From the NCBI GenBank assembly GCA_964016885.1, contig OZ024740.1, forward strand, positions 162,192,001 through 162,256,000: a stretch of 64,000 nt of DNA, written 5' to 3'. Made by a program: the position numbers and the translations under genes. This stretch comes from Eledone cirrhosa (taxonomy: Eukaryota). The notes below the pieces were generated by a model. That model was not told the DNA's origin, ran no database searches, and worked only from the letters and a program-made list of their open reading frames with translations. This document shows, one piece after another, positions 1-12,569 of the stretch. Each line of letters starts with the position of its first letter. Within the stretch, counting starts at the first letter, position 1.

Positions 1-111
1 TTATTACTCTGTACCTACACGCTCAATTCTCTTTCTTTCTCACTTTAATTCTATCTACGGTTTTTCCTCCCCCAATTCTCTGTCTTTCTATCTATCTATA
101 TATATATATAT

Positions 112-291
112 CGTTTCTATTTTTTGGCACAAGGCCAGCAAATAACTCAGTACATTACTGGTACTTTATTTTATCGACCCCCGTAAGGATGAAAGGCAAA
201 GTTAACCTCGGCGGGATTTGAACTCAGATCATAAAGGGACGTAACTCTATGCTTTAACGCATGGTGTCCGACTCTCTACTGATACTGCCAA
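112..291 (-). mobile_element. tRNA-derived SINE (main family of this window)
   Basis: Reverse complement has an A-box-like TGGCAGTATC, a B-box GAGTTCAAATCC, the central GCCTTTCATCCTTACGGGGGTCGATAAAATAAAGTACCAG domain and the GGCCTTGTGCC tail; matches about 20 other copies. Confidence 0.9.
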
Positions 292-377
292 AATAGTGTT
301 GGATTTGCTATAGAATAAGAAGAAAGTGTACATACACACGCATATATAATGAACGTTGCCGAGTGGTGGTGTCGGAG

Positions 378-510
378 GGGGGTAACCACAGTTAAAAAAG
401 GTACTCAATACGCGAGAGGAGTATATGGATTTTATTATATATAGAAATAATTAGAACTGTTTCATACAAATGAAATAGTTTTAGTCCTATAGAAGTCATT
501 TCTATATATA
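378..510. mobile_element. Degenerate PLE-type 3' end/foldback fragment (same family as 62237-62425)
   Basis: GAAATAGTTTTAGTCCTATAGAAGTCATTTCTATA and the reverse complement of GTATTGAGTACC...TGTGGTTACCCCC match the 62.3 kb element. Confidence 0.6.
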
Positions 511-730
511 TAATATATATATATAATGTATGTGTGTGCACTTTCTCCTTATACTATCACCATTCCAACACTCATCTGTTTCTGTTCCTAAACTAATTCT
601 TTCATGCTGTCTTCTCATCCATTTACGATCAACACCCAGCCTCATTCCTTATCACTATTCTCAAAACAACTTTTCTTTTTAAACTTTACTCAGTTTGCAA
701 TCCAAACGCGCACACACTATATATATGTGC

Positions 731-804
<74 letters not shown>

Positions 805-807
<3 letters not shown>

Positions 808-960
808 GGTCGTGTTAACGCATGGGCACGTTGGGCAGTTGCCCGGGGGCCCCACGAGGATAGGGGGCCCATTTGTATTTTTATTCCCGTGAGTGGTTGT
901 GTAGGTAGGGGCCCCAGTGCTCTGCTTTGCCCGGGGGCCTATAATGCTGTTAAGACGGCC

Positions 961-963
<3 letters not shown>
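805..963. mobile_element. Non-autonomous DNA transposon (MITE, hAT-like TIRs) in (TA)n
   Basis: Terminal inverted repeats CAGGGTCGTGTTAAC ... GTTAAGACGGCCCTG; internal GGGGGCCC repeats. Confidence 0.8.
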
Positions 964-1036
<73 letters not shown>

Positions 1037-1040
<4 letters not shown>

Positions 1041-1700
1041 GAGTTTATGTTGGTTGTATACCAACACCTCAGTATGCAGCCTGGAGCACTCGACGAAGTG
1101 CGCAGGTTGGTTTGGTTACTCCGGAGTAGTGTAAAATAAAGTTAAATAAAAGTCAAATGATTAAAATTTAGCTTCGTTTATTACTGCTATATATATTTCA
1201 GTGACAGCCATCTTTGGCTGTGACCTCTTCAGGCAGTTTGAATTAGTATGGTATAGACAAGTACATATGTTGTTTAGGTGTATAATATTGTCAATACTCT
1301 GATATGCCCAGTTCCTTGTTGAGTTGTTAATTCACTGAGGAACTGTAGTCATATGAATTCAAACAAACGAATTTCAGTGTCAAAGGTCCCCTTCTCCTCT
1401 CATTGGTCAGTTATTAGAACATTCCTCATTCTAAGTGTTGTTATTGTTGGAGTTAGCTTAAAAATTGATAAAATGGTAGAAGGGACAAGGTGTTAAAGGA
1501 ACAGTGAATTAACAACCCAACAAGGAACTGGGCATGTCAGAGTATTGACAATATTATACACCTAAACAACATATGTACTTGTCTATACCATACTAATTCA
1601 AACTGCCTGAAGAGGTCACAGCCAAAGATGGCTGTCACTGAAATATATATAGCAGTAATAAACGAAGCTAAATTTTAATCATTTGACTTTTATTTAACTT

Positions 1701-1707
<7 letters not shown>
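1037..1707. mobile_element. PLE-type pseudo-LTR in foldback (inverted) arrangement
   Basis: About 205-bp near-perfect inverted arms (1132-1337 and 1502-1707), each with an HHR motif and AATAAA; bounded by (GA)n and (TA)n. Confidence 0.8.
1603..1655 (+). ncRNA. Minimal type-I hammerhead ribozyme (mirror copy 1184-1236, minus strand)
   Basis: CTGC-CTGAAGA-G GTCACAGCC aaagat GGCTGTCAC T-GAAA-TATATA-TA-GCAG: stem I CTGC/GCAG, conserved core, palindromic stem III. Confidence 0.85.
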
Positions 1708-1761
<54 letters not shown>

Positions 1762-1881
1762 CCTGGAGAGATATGCTCTTCCAGGCTTTAAACAATGCCC
1801 AAGAAACGCCGTATTTCAATACGGCGCCTCCACGACTCCATCGGGAGTTATGGGACGGGACCATACCATGGCATATATATA

Positions 1882-2057
1882 TAACAAAGGAATTGTGGTA
1901 AGGAACCAGATGGACCATAACGCACCAGAGTACTCAATACTTAGGGTAGTAGAGTGGGAAATAGGAAAAAGTATGACCCCGACGGCAGAGCTCAAGCCGT
2001 TTCGACGGCTATTTCTGGACTAAATTAGTCCAGAAATAGCCGGGTCATACTTTTTCC

Positions 2058-2060
<3 letters not shown>
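1882..2060 (-). mobile_element. Short PLE-like 3' end family B (other copies about 5480-5601, 29385-29567, 37291-37455)
   Basis: Four similar copies flanked by (TA)n; contain GAAA-CGGC..GCCG-TC-GGGG (3' half of an HHR) and truncate or invert just upstream of it. Confidence 0.7.
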
Positions 2061-2088
<28 letters not shown>

Positions 2089-2492
2089 TTATTCTTTGGG
2101 AGAGTCATGCTGCCAATAAAAACACGCACCTGTTAGTTTTCACTTCAATTTATTATAAATTTCCGGTTGGCTGGTTAGTTGGTTGGCTGGTTCCGGATCG
2201 TTGTTTATATATTGTCAAAGCTCTTTCGTCACACATTCTGTGACCTCCTCAGTGACTGGGTTTTTATTGTGTGCCTCTCCTTTGTTCTGGCCTACACCAT
2301 CTTGTTTTTGTGTGTTGTGAACAGCCATCCAGTTATCGAACCAACCAACCGGAAATTTATAATAAATTGAAGTGAAACTCAAGGGTGCATGTGTTTTTAT
2401 TGGCAACATGACCCTCCCAAACTATAACAATATCTGTTTCAACACACGTTTTCCGATAAGAAATCTTGCAAAACAAATAAAAAAATGAAGTA
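2089..2492. mobile_element. PLE-type pLTR family C, foldback copy (others 11050-11555, 17605-17935, 26361-26690, distant relative 32522-32830)
   Basis: Shared GGGAGGGTCATGTTGCCAATA...CACTTCAATTTATTATAAATTTCCGG segment, inverted arms, HHR inside. Confidence 0.8.
2214..2256 (-). ncRNA. Minimal hammerhead ribozyme, family C
   Basis: Reverse complement: GTCA-CTGAGGA-G GTCACA gaatg TGTGAC-GAAA-GAGC-TT-TGAC. Confidence 0.8.
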
Positions 2493-2660
2493 TGTATATA
2501 TTATAAAGAGTCGGGACACGACGGCTGACCTCTTGTCGTTTCAACAGCTATTTCCAGACTGTAAATAATGAATGGGAAGATAGCATGAAAGAATTAGTTT
2601 AGGAACTGAAACAGGTGAGTGTTGGAATTGCGATAGTATAAGGAGAAAATACACCCCACC

Positions 2661-2777
<117 letters not shown>

Positions 2778-2943
2778 AATAATTGTCTCTACTTTAGGCA
2801 CAAGGCCAGCAATTACCAGTGCATTACTGGTACTTTATTTTATCGACCCCGTAAGGTTGAAAGGCAAAGTCAACCTCGGCGAATAATATATATATATATA
2901 TATATAATAATATTTATAGAATATATATATATATATATATAGT

Positions 2944-3015
<72 letters not shown>

Positions 3016-3036
3016 ATAATATATATATATATATAT

Positions 3037-3197
<161 letters not shown>

Positions 3198-3539
3198 AAA
3201 GATTAGCTTTTAAATCATGTTTAATTCCTTACACGTGTTTTAAAAGTGTCGTACATCAAATTATTTCAATAATATTATGCGAAAATTCGTATAATCAAAA
3301 TCGATACATGCAAAATGATATAAAGAAATTGTTTGTACTTCTTCGGAAGATTTTCAAAAAAGAAACATAAATTGAAGCAGAATATCTCCGTAATTCAATT
3401 CCCACCTTATTCAAGGTGTTTTCTAACCTTCCAAAGATGGAGAAGTTACAAACAATATATCTAAATCATTGTATAAGTATAAATCTTGATTATACAAATT
3501 TTCACTTAACATTATTCGAATAAGTTGATGTACAACTAT

Positions 3540-4300
3540 TTTGTATCATTCTTGAAATTAGTTCAGCCTCCTGCATTCCACCACTCGTGAAGACGGCTCT
3601 GAGATACTTAAACTTCTCCACATGCTTCAGTGGAAGTCCATTCACACGTAGAGTGCACTGCGCAGGTTTTATTGAGAGGACGAATGTCTCTATCTTCGGA
3701 ACACTGATTCTCATTCCCGCCGTGCCACTTCCGACCTGGCTGTGCATGTCAATCCTGTTCCTGAAGATTATAAACAGGAGAATTGACAGGATTCACCCTT
3801 GGAGGAGTTAAACTCCCATATTGAATCGTTTTGACTAAGCAGCATTTATCCGAACACAAACACTCGGACATTTGTATAGAGACATCAGAGCAGCAAGAAG
3901 GTGACTATCGATCCCATACCCATGTAAAACCTTCCCTAAAAGGTCCCGTGGAATGCGGTCATATGCCTTTTCGAGGTATACAAAGCCAGAATACACTTCT
4001 TGGCAGTACTCCCACGATTTCTCAAAGACTCCCGATTGCCTTTGCTTAGGTGTCTTTCCAGAGGTCCAGGCCATCTGGCATACACGAGTCAACCAAAGAA
4101 TAAGTTCTCTATTTAATGCTTTTAAGATCTCGGGTCGAATTTTTTCCTCCCCAGCGGCCTTGCCACATTTGAGTTCTTTAACTGCAAATGAGACCTCAGC
4201 ACCCAAAAGATTAGTGAGTGCTCCAAGGTACATCTCGTGTAGAACAGAAGATGCTGTTGTGATCAGGTCTAGGAGATCAGCAAAATATTCTCTCCGACAG
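3540..4300 (-). pseudogene. RTE-clade LINE reverse transcriptase fragment (degraded)
   Basis: ORFs 3835-4233 (LKCGKAAGEEKIRPEILK...FVYLEKAYDRIPRD...LMSLY) and 3502-3747 (VNGLPLKHVEKFKYL) carry RTE RT motifs. Confidence 0.88.
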
Positions 4301-4602
4301 TATGTATGTATGTATGCAGAGATACGTGTATGTAAACATATTTTTTCAAGACTGGAAATTATTTCATCGACCTTTATTTGTCGCTAAGTTATGAAAACTA
4401 AACGAACAGTAAACACAAACACATCCACGTATATGTGTGTATCGCGGACTTCTGCACAGTTTCCACCCACCAAATTTTACACAGAATGCAGTGGCAAATG
4501 TGAACTTATAGTAGAACACATTTCTGGGGGTGAATCAGAAAGTATTTGATTGAGAAGCGAAATTCTTAACCAGACACATACACACACGCACACACACACG
4601 CA

Positions 4603-4704
<102 letters not shown>

Positions 4705-4816
4705 GTTTGAATGATGTGTAAAGTAAAACTAAAAGATACGTTTCGATAAGCTTCAGTTAACAATAAATTACCCGTTTAGAAATACTCACACACACTCCCT
4801 CTCTCTCACACACACG

Positions 4817-4850
<34 letters not shown>

Positions 4851-5441
4851 CATATGCCCACACATATATATATATAATTGCTAAATTGGCATCATATATA
4901 TATATATATAATGTTGAGACGAAACATTCGGATATTTTAGTAATATAAATATGCTCCGGAATGGTATTTCAGTTGAGTTTTTTTTTATTGTTGAATGTTT
5001 TTGTTTTGGCTGCTATTTCTAGTAATCCACATACCTATTTACGTTACATGGACATAATTGAGTCGCTGTGAGTTTTTCGAAAACCCATCTGAGTTTCGGC
5101 CAATCATTAGATTTATTTTAGAGGTGTAAGTTCATATGGGTAATTTTCTCTCGCCGATGATGCTAATTAAACATCGAACTTAACCATTCCAAAAGTAAAA
5201 CATGGTTTCTAAAGCCATAAAGAAATTATATACGAGACAGTAAAATAGTTATTTAATGTCCGGTATATTTCGTATGAACGTCTTTGTTAAACCCACTTCA
5301 CTGCTCATTTGTAATTATATGTTCTTACATTCTTTGCAAATTATCTCCTGTTTTAATGTTTGATATATTTCTATATACGTCATTTGCTTTGCCCCAGCAT
5401 GGCCTCAGCCGGATGGCTGAAACAGGTAAAAGAGTAAAAGA

Positions 5442-5482
<41 letters not shown>

Positions 5483-5600
5483 AAACGGCTTGAGCTCAGC
5501 CGTCGGGGTCCTACTCGTTCCTATTACCCACTCTACCACCCTAAGTATTGAGTACTTTGGTGCGTTATGGTCCACTTGGTTCCTTACCACATTTCCTTCG

Positions 5601-5678
<78 letters not shown>

Positions 5679-5683
<5 letters not shown>

Positions 5684-6027
5684 TAAACGGAATAGAAAAT
5701 GCTGACAAATTGTTCACAGTGAAAAATAGTTTAATTAGCAATAAGTGAGAATTAGTAATAGTATTCGTTAGTATTCAGTTTTGGTTTTAAGTTTTACCGG
5801 TTGCGCATTTCTAATGCTTTTCAAAAATAATTTTGAGATAGAGCGTCCGTGATGTTTGCTCTGATCTCAAAATTATTTTTGAAAAGCATTAGAAATGCGC
5901 AACCGGTAAAACTTAAAACCAAAACTGAATACTAACGAATACTATTACTAATTCTCACTTATTCCTAATTAAACTATTTTTCACTGTGAACAATTTGTCA
6001 GCATTTTCTATTCCGTTTACCAATATA
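5679..6027. repeat. About 350-bp foldback hairpin (probable PLE pLTR) with a variant HHR-like motif
   Basis: About 160-bp near-perfect inverted arms; 5876-5911 reads TTT-TTGAAAA-GCAT tagaa ATGC-GCAA-CCGG-TA-AAA. Confidence 0.7.
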
Positions 6028-6053
6028 TCATAACTTGTGTGTTACACCTCTAT

Positions 6054-6108
<55 letters not shown>

Positions 6109-6113
6109 CACAC

Positions 6114-6209
<96 letters not shown>

Positions 6210-6325
6210 CAAAGGTATATATTGAGTTAGAAACTCAAAATAGTCTCTTACAATTAAATAGCTCGAGGAAAGAGATTTTTCCGAGCCGTATATCATAATT
6301 GAATATAAAAGAGAGAGGTAAACAC

Positions 6326-6370
<45 letters not shown>

Positions 6371-6376
<6 letters not shown>

Positions 6377-6655
6377 ATTAAATAAATGGAAACTATATTT
6401 ATAAAACCATATTTATTTCATTATATATATTTCGGGGATATCATATTAACAATATGCTATGCCTTCCTCAGACAAAATACAATATAAACAGTTTTATATT
6501 ATATTATATTGTATTTTGTCTGAGGAAGGCATAGCATATTGTTAATATGATATCCCCGAAATATATATAATGAAATAAATATGGTTTTATAAATATAGTT
6601 TCCATTTATTTAATATTGTAAATATACTCCAAATATTTGTCGAGTGCTTTTATAT
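6371..6655. mobile_element. Foldback PLE-type pLTR, family D
   Basis: About 115-bp inverted arms within 6371-6620; related to 34440-34560. Confidence 0.75.
6512..6577 (+). ncRNA. Hammerhead ribozyme, family D (mirror copy 6414-6479)
   Basis: TATTTTGT-CTGAGGA-stem II-GAAA-TATATA-TA-ATGAAATA; stem I pairs with G.U wobbles. Confidence 0.75.
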
Positions 6656-6726
6656 CAGTTATAAATATTTACTAGTTGTAACCCAACAATTTTAAATATA
6701 ACTTTCCATATATATATATATGTGTG

Positions 6727-6761
<35 letters not shown>

Positions 6762-7020
6762 TCAAATCGTAAGAGACCAGATTCGCTAGGGTGAAAAGAG
6801 AACTAACTATGGACAATAGGGTTGCCAGACTCAATTTAAAAGAATAAACCAAGAAAATAAATACAAACCGATATTGGGGTAACTACCAGATACACAGACA
6901 GCTTTTGGTGAAACTGTTTCGCATTTTAACGTTACATGGACATAATTGGTCCCTTACGATTTGAACACATATATGTATATATCTGTGTTTATCTCTCTTT
7001 TATATTCAATTATAGTACTT

Positions 7021-7123
7021 TCGCTCACCCCCTCTGCTAGTCTCTAACGCGAAGAAATACCTATAATTCCTAGTAGACAACTGATGATGGATATTACCCT
7101 CTTTCGCCCGTAACTTTTATTTT

Positions 7124-7130
<7 letters not shown>
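7021..7130 (+). ncRNA. Internally deleted copy of the permuted hammerhead-like motif (family P)
   Basis: TAGTCT-CTAA-CGCGA-A-GAAA-TACC-13 nt-AGACAA-CTGATGA-T; the upstream TCGCAC/GGTATA part is missing. Confidence 0.6.
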
Positions 7131-7200
<70 letters not shown>

Positions 7201-7275
7201 TAGTTCGGTGAAGTTGTACGGAAAAGGAAAAACAACTGTACGGCTGTTTTTCCTTTTCCGTACAGTTTCATTTAG

Positions 7276-7318
7276 ACGGAGCTGAGGATCCGAATAAGGA
7301 GAAACATTTGTTCTCGGT
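7276..7318 (+). ncRNA. Minimal type-I hammerhead ribozyme in a (TA)n-flanked element (about 7198-7418)
   Basis: ACGGAG-CTGAGGA-TCC gaataa GGA-GAAA-CATTTG-TT-CTCGGT. Confidence 0.82.
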
Positions 7319-7432
7319 AATGGTGAATTAACTGTTGGGGAACTACTTCTACCAAACTCGTCCCATGGACTGAGTGCTCTACTACTACGGATATAACCCT
7401 CCAGTGTTCTACTACTATTATATATATATATA

Positions 7433-7557
7433 CGGCCCTTGCCATTCTGAGTTCAAATCCCGCCGAGGTTAACTTTGCCTTTCATCCTTACGGGGTCGAT
7501 AAAATAAAGTACCAGTAATACACTGAGTAACTGCTGGCCTTGTGCCTAACGTAGAAA

Positions 7558-7562
<5 letters not shown>
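7433..7562 (+). mobile_element. SINE, 5'-truncated
   Basis: B-box, central domain and tail of the main SINE family. Confidence 0.85.
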
Positions 7563-7614
<52 letters not shown>

Positions 7615-8921
7615 TTACAACAGTGACATGTACAGGGACATAAGTTTCGTTGGCTCATATACAGCCTGTCATAAAATTTTAAATGGCTTCCCACCATGGA
7701 GAGTTTAGAAAGTATATGAAAGTTCTGAGTATAGGTAACCCCGAAATTATCTACAAATAGAGTAATTTAAAGGATGAACGATTGCATAAGGGACAAGGAA
7801 AAATTCTTTCCCTTTACCAACTTGCCGCCGAGAAGGTAGCCGTTTAAAAATAGACCTAAAATTTAGAGAAAGCGACACATACATACATGATGGCTGCCCC
7901 CTCGTTATCGAGTATGGCCATTGCACGATATAACATTATTAATAATTATCAATTAAGCTATCGTGCAATGCCTGTGCGTGAAGATTTTTTTTTAAGTGAA
8001 GAAAGACTGTGCACTGAGCCAATCCCACTCTCTGAGCAACAGTAGCTATAACCCGAAAAGAAGAAAAGATCAACATCGTCGGTAACTACTGAGCTGCAGG
8101 TTTTATGTCGGAATTTTTATCCCAGTTTCCTGAGTTGCCTTCTAGAATAATGCACTGACAAAGGCTAGGGTCCTTCACTCCCAGTGGTTTAATCATGCGA
8201 TCGGGTATCCAGCTCGACTATTTCTATGTCCCCGCCCATATACATACACATGCATAAATATAAATACGAAACAGGACCAAATGATCGTAAAATCCATAAA
8301 TTCGCTCTCACACCCACCAAGCACTTAATTTTAGATGACCTTACACAATGTAATGTCACACATTGGTATTGATAGTTATGATAAAATCTGGAAATTTGTT
8401 TGATCAAATTATAATTAGATGTTACAATAAAATTACGAAACACGTTAAATTAATCAATTTTAATCACGAGTTAACAGGTTTACTGGCAATTTATTTAGTT
8501 GAAAAGCAGTTGTCAGAAACAGGATAGAATAGTTTCTATCTGACTGAGTTGAAGGATCAGGTTTCTTCCTCGTCCTTTGACTGCCTTTTGAAGAACACAT
8601 CTAGTGATGTGTGCCTATTCTTGAGACTTCTCTCTGGAACCCATTCATGCTAACTGTATTTTATGTCTAAAGAACATATCTTTACAATGCTGCTTCTCTC
8701 CTAGTCAGAGTAATTCTCTATCGGTAAACTGATTCTTATTTGTATGTTACCATACAAATATAATAATGTCCCATTCCAGCACTTTTTCTCTGCTAATACT
8801 GGAACAAGAGGATGACGTTAGTCGTCGAGATTGCTTGCAAACGAATCGAATATTAATAATATTATTATTATTCACTTACAACAAATACAGGGCTAGAAGT
8901 GTTTCATTCGTAAAAATATGC

Positions 8922-9025
<104 letters not shown>

Positions 9026-9999
9026 CTGTGTGTCTGTACACGCATTATATATATATATATATATATATATTAACATGCGTACTAACGTTCTTTTGAATAA
9101 TAAATGAGTATATGAAATGATATACGACATATATTTAGTATCGCAGTGAAAACTGTATACTGCGTGAACAGGTCACGGCGTTGTGTTGGTACATTAGTTC
9201 ATAAATCATGGCCGTCAATGTTGTACTGTAATAGTTTGTTTACAGTATTCATAAGAAGATCTCCATAATTTTGCTAGGTGTGAATTGAGGTAAGCGACCC
9301 TCATGAGTTTTAAGAAAACGGAACACGTATCACTCTTAGCTATCGAAGAATCTGTGACTTGTACACATGTTACATTTTCACAGCAAGAACAAATGTAGGT
9401 TTGCTAAACACTAGCGCTAACACACTAAACGTGGTCATTGAAGGCAAAAAGACACGTTGGTATTTGTGCAGAGAGACACCACCTGACAGCTATTTGCCCT
9501 CAACAAAAGACCTTGCTGCAAATAGCAAGACCCCCAAAAGCCACAACAACAATAACAGCGGTAGCAGCTGCAACATCAACAGTAAAACTAACACCAACAA
9601 CACCAGCAAGTGGAGTAACAGAACCACCACCACCACCACCACCATCTCCATCAACAGCAACAACAAGAATCATAAACACCTCCCATGGGCAGAGCTAAAT
9701 TAGCTCTCCCTCTTCCCCGCTTCCAAACACACATATACACACAGAGAGACATTTACACTACAACATCCGTCTGAGTCAAATGATTTAGACGCAGAACTCT
9801 ACTCTCCTCGATGCAAGGAAGAGGGGAACCCCAAAAGCCCCCAAAACTAAAAGAAACGAAAAGCACCTTGCACCATTCTAATACATACCCTAGTACTTCT
9901 TCTTGAGTCATCCCACTTTCGAAGGCGAAGCATTCATTTTTCATTTTTCTAATGACTAAAATATATGCAGCTTGTCATACCTGCATAAACATCCACGCC

Positions 10000-10195
10000 A
10001 CCGATGTTGTCCAAGGAAAAGGCAATCGCCGATACAGCTTAGTACCAGTGACGTTGCAACTCATTTCTACAGCTGAGTAAATTGGAGTAACGTGAAATAA
10101 AGTGACTTACTCAAGGACACAACGCATCAACCGTTCCGAGAATCGAACTCACAGCCTTCCGATTGCAACTAACCACTAAGCCATGCTCCTTCACA
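10000..10195 (-). mobile_element. Second tRNA-derived SINE family, degenerate
   Basis: Reverse complement has GCATGGCTTAGTGGTTAG (A box), GAGTTCGATTC (B box) and GTGTCCTTGAGTAAG. Confidence 0.7.
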
Positions 10196-11049
10196 CTTCA
10201 GAAAACCAACAAAACACACCCACACCAAACATTACCACATCTCTAGACCTCCAACACTAACACTACAAAAAACCATATAAGCAAAACCATCAACACTTCA
10301 ACAACCAGCCACAAAAAGAAAACACGCAATAACTACAAAAGCAGAGTCTGACAAATTAAAAACAATTAAACACACTCCAAACTTTGTGCTACTGAGGAGG
10401 GCCAAGGGGGGACATAGTAGTAGAAATGGAAGACATAGAAACGGAGGGGGAAATATTTAGTACCAGTACTTTCAAGGTACCCCAAACCTTATTCATAACA
10501 CACATGTTTCTACGGACATACAAAAGCATGAGTGAGAGATTCCCCATGACGTGGGAACCACTAGCATAAAAGCCACAAGTAGTCATTTAAAGGATTCCCG
10601 AAGGAGCCACACCAACAAAATATGGTGGTCGGACCACCCGATCTCGAACAGCACCCGTGGTGTGAGTAGACTCCCGCATTCTTTCTCATAACTGATTCTG
10701 GCCAACATAGCAATTTAGTCGTAAATTACATAGATGTACAGGCCTGGGGCCGCCCTGGAAATATGGATTTGCTGAGATCGGTTTATGTAGATGGATGAGT
10801 AAGTAAAAGAAGGCTAAAGGGTTTGTTGGGCACAAGAACAATAACAAGATAAATTGATACATTAATAAATCAATGAGTTTAGGAGAGAAGAGCAAATTCT
10901 TTTGCCGTCTTTGAAGGTCTTCACCCTATTTTATAAGGTATTGTATAAACTTCTCCGCGTATGAGCACATTACACTTTACAAACCCACACCTACACGCAC
11001 ACGCACACACACACACATACACACACACACACACATGTATATATATACT

Positions 11050-11548
11050 ACGTTTTTGAATTTGTTTGCAACATTTTTTATGTCAAAATTTGTTTTGAAA
11101 GAGATAATGTTATGGTGTGGGAGGGTCATACTGCCAATAGAAAAACACACCCACCAGCTGACTTTCACTTCAATTTATTATTATAATTTTCCGACGGTTA
11201 GTTTAATAACCGGATGGTGGTTTAGCTGTTAAATGTCAAAGACCTTTCGTCACATATTCTGTGACCCCTTTAGTGACTACTTTTGTTACTTTGTGTCTCA
11301 ACTTCGTTCGGTTATACGCCATCTTGTCTATATAAAGATGACATAAATCAGAACAAAGAGGAGACAAAAAGTAAGAAAAGTAGTCACTGAAAAGGCCACA
11401 GAATGTGTGATGAAAGAGCTTTGACAATTAAGCAACTAAACATCTATCCGGTACTTAAACTATCTGATGAAAAATTATAATAATTAATTGAAGTGACAGT
11501 CAACTGGTGCGCGTGTTTTTTATTGGCAGCAAGGCCCTCCTAAATTAT

Positions 11549-11555
<7 letters not shown>
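11050..11555. mobile_element. Family C foldback copy with two decayed HHRs (11235-11277 minus, 11383-11425 plus)
   Basis: Diverged inverted arms; cores read CTAAAGG and CTGAAAA, with the same GTCA/TGAC stem I. Confidence 0.72.
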
Positions 11556-11587
<32 letters not shown>

Positions 11588-11987
11588 AAGAGTGTAGAAT
11601 AACGGTCAACAGTACAAAAAGGGTTTTATTTACAGTATTAACAATTGTTTCATTGATTAAGTTGTCTAAAAATTGCTAATCACTTGAAGTTGTGTCACTT
11701 AATCTCCTTATAATATATAACCAGCAATTTCTCTGTCTGTCTGTCCGACAGTGGAAACACGTGCGCGCGTGGTTGCTATATCTCTCTCTCTCCAGCTATC
11801 GCTCTCTTTTAGTCTGTCTGTTTCTCTCACTCTCACTCTTTCTCTTTGTAACACACTAACATTCCTCCCCTCTATCGCTGTGACGAATGGGGAGATGGAG
11901 GAGGAGGAGGAGGAGAGAGTCACTTCGTCACTTCACCTCTGCCTTTCTTTCTCTCCCCTCTCACTCCCTCATTACGTACAGACATTA

Positions 11988-12180
11988 GGGCGGTGGATTG
12001 GCAGAATCTGTAGAGAGTCGGACACCATGCTTCATAGCATGGAGTTACGTCCCTTTACGGTCTGAGTTCAAATACCGCCGAGGTTAACTTTGCCTTTCAT
12101 CCTCACGGGGTCGATAAAATAAAGTACCAGTAATGTACTGGGTAATTGCTGGCCTTGTGCCAAAAGTAGAAACAATTATT
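11988..12180 (+). mobile_element. SINE, full length
   Basis: GGGCGGTGGATTGGCAG...GAGTTCAAAT...GTAGAAACAATTATT. Confidence 0.9.
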
Positions 12181-12299
12181 AGAAACATTGCTTCCTTTTT
12201 ACATATCTAAGCATTAGTAAAATAACTAATAATTTCAAAAGTAATTTTTCAATTCCAATTGTTATGAACAGCAAAACATTAATAATAATTTTGTTCTAA

Positions 12300-12474
12300 G
12301 AAATATATATACATTTCTGTGTGTGTAATATATATATATATACACACACAGAAATATATATACATTTCTGTGTGTGTAATATATATATATATACACACAC
12401 AGAAATATATATACATTTCTGTGTGTGTAATATATATATACACTGAGAAATATATATACATTTCTGTGTGTGTA

Positions 12475-12509
<35 letters not shown>

Positions 12510-12520
12510 GAAATATATGG
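12300..12520. repeat. Minisatellite with a unit of about 40 bp
   Basis: Repeated ACACACACAGAAATATATATACATTTCTGTGTGTGT unit (self-complementary). Confidence 0.85.
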
Positions 12521-12527
12521 GCATTTC

Positions 12528-12569
<42 letters not shown>

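Noticed and set aside
9359-9703. Thr/Asn/Pro-rich ORFs
   Set aside because: Degenerate (CAA/CAC)n low-complexity sequence
11630-11715. HHR-like GAAA-CAATTG-TT motifs here (minus), at about 32195 and at about 15675 (GAAA-CGATCG-TA)
   Set aside because: CUGANGA core too decayed to call; probably dead copies
11988-12085. tRNA-like A and B boxes as a tRNA gene
   Set aside because: No cloverleaf; it is the head of a multi-copy SINE
12300-12520. Regularly spaced palindromic repeats resembling a CRISPR array
   Set aside because: Spacers are only (TA)n, the context is eukaryotic and there are no cas genes; it is a minisatellite
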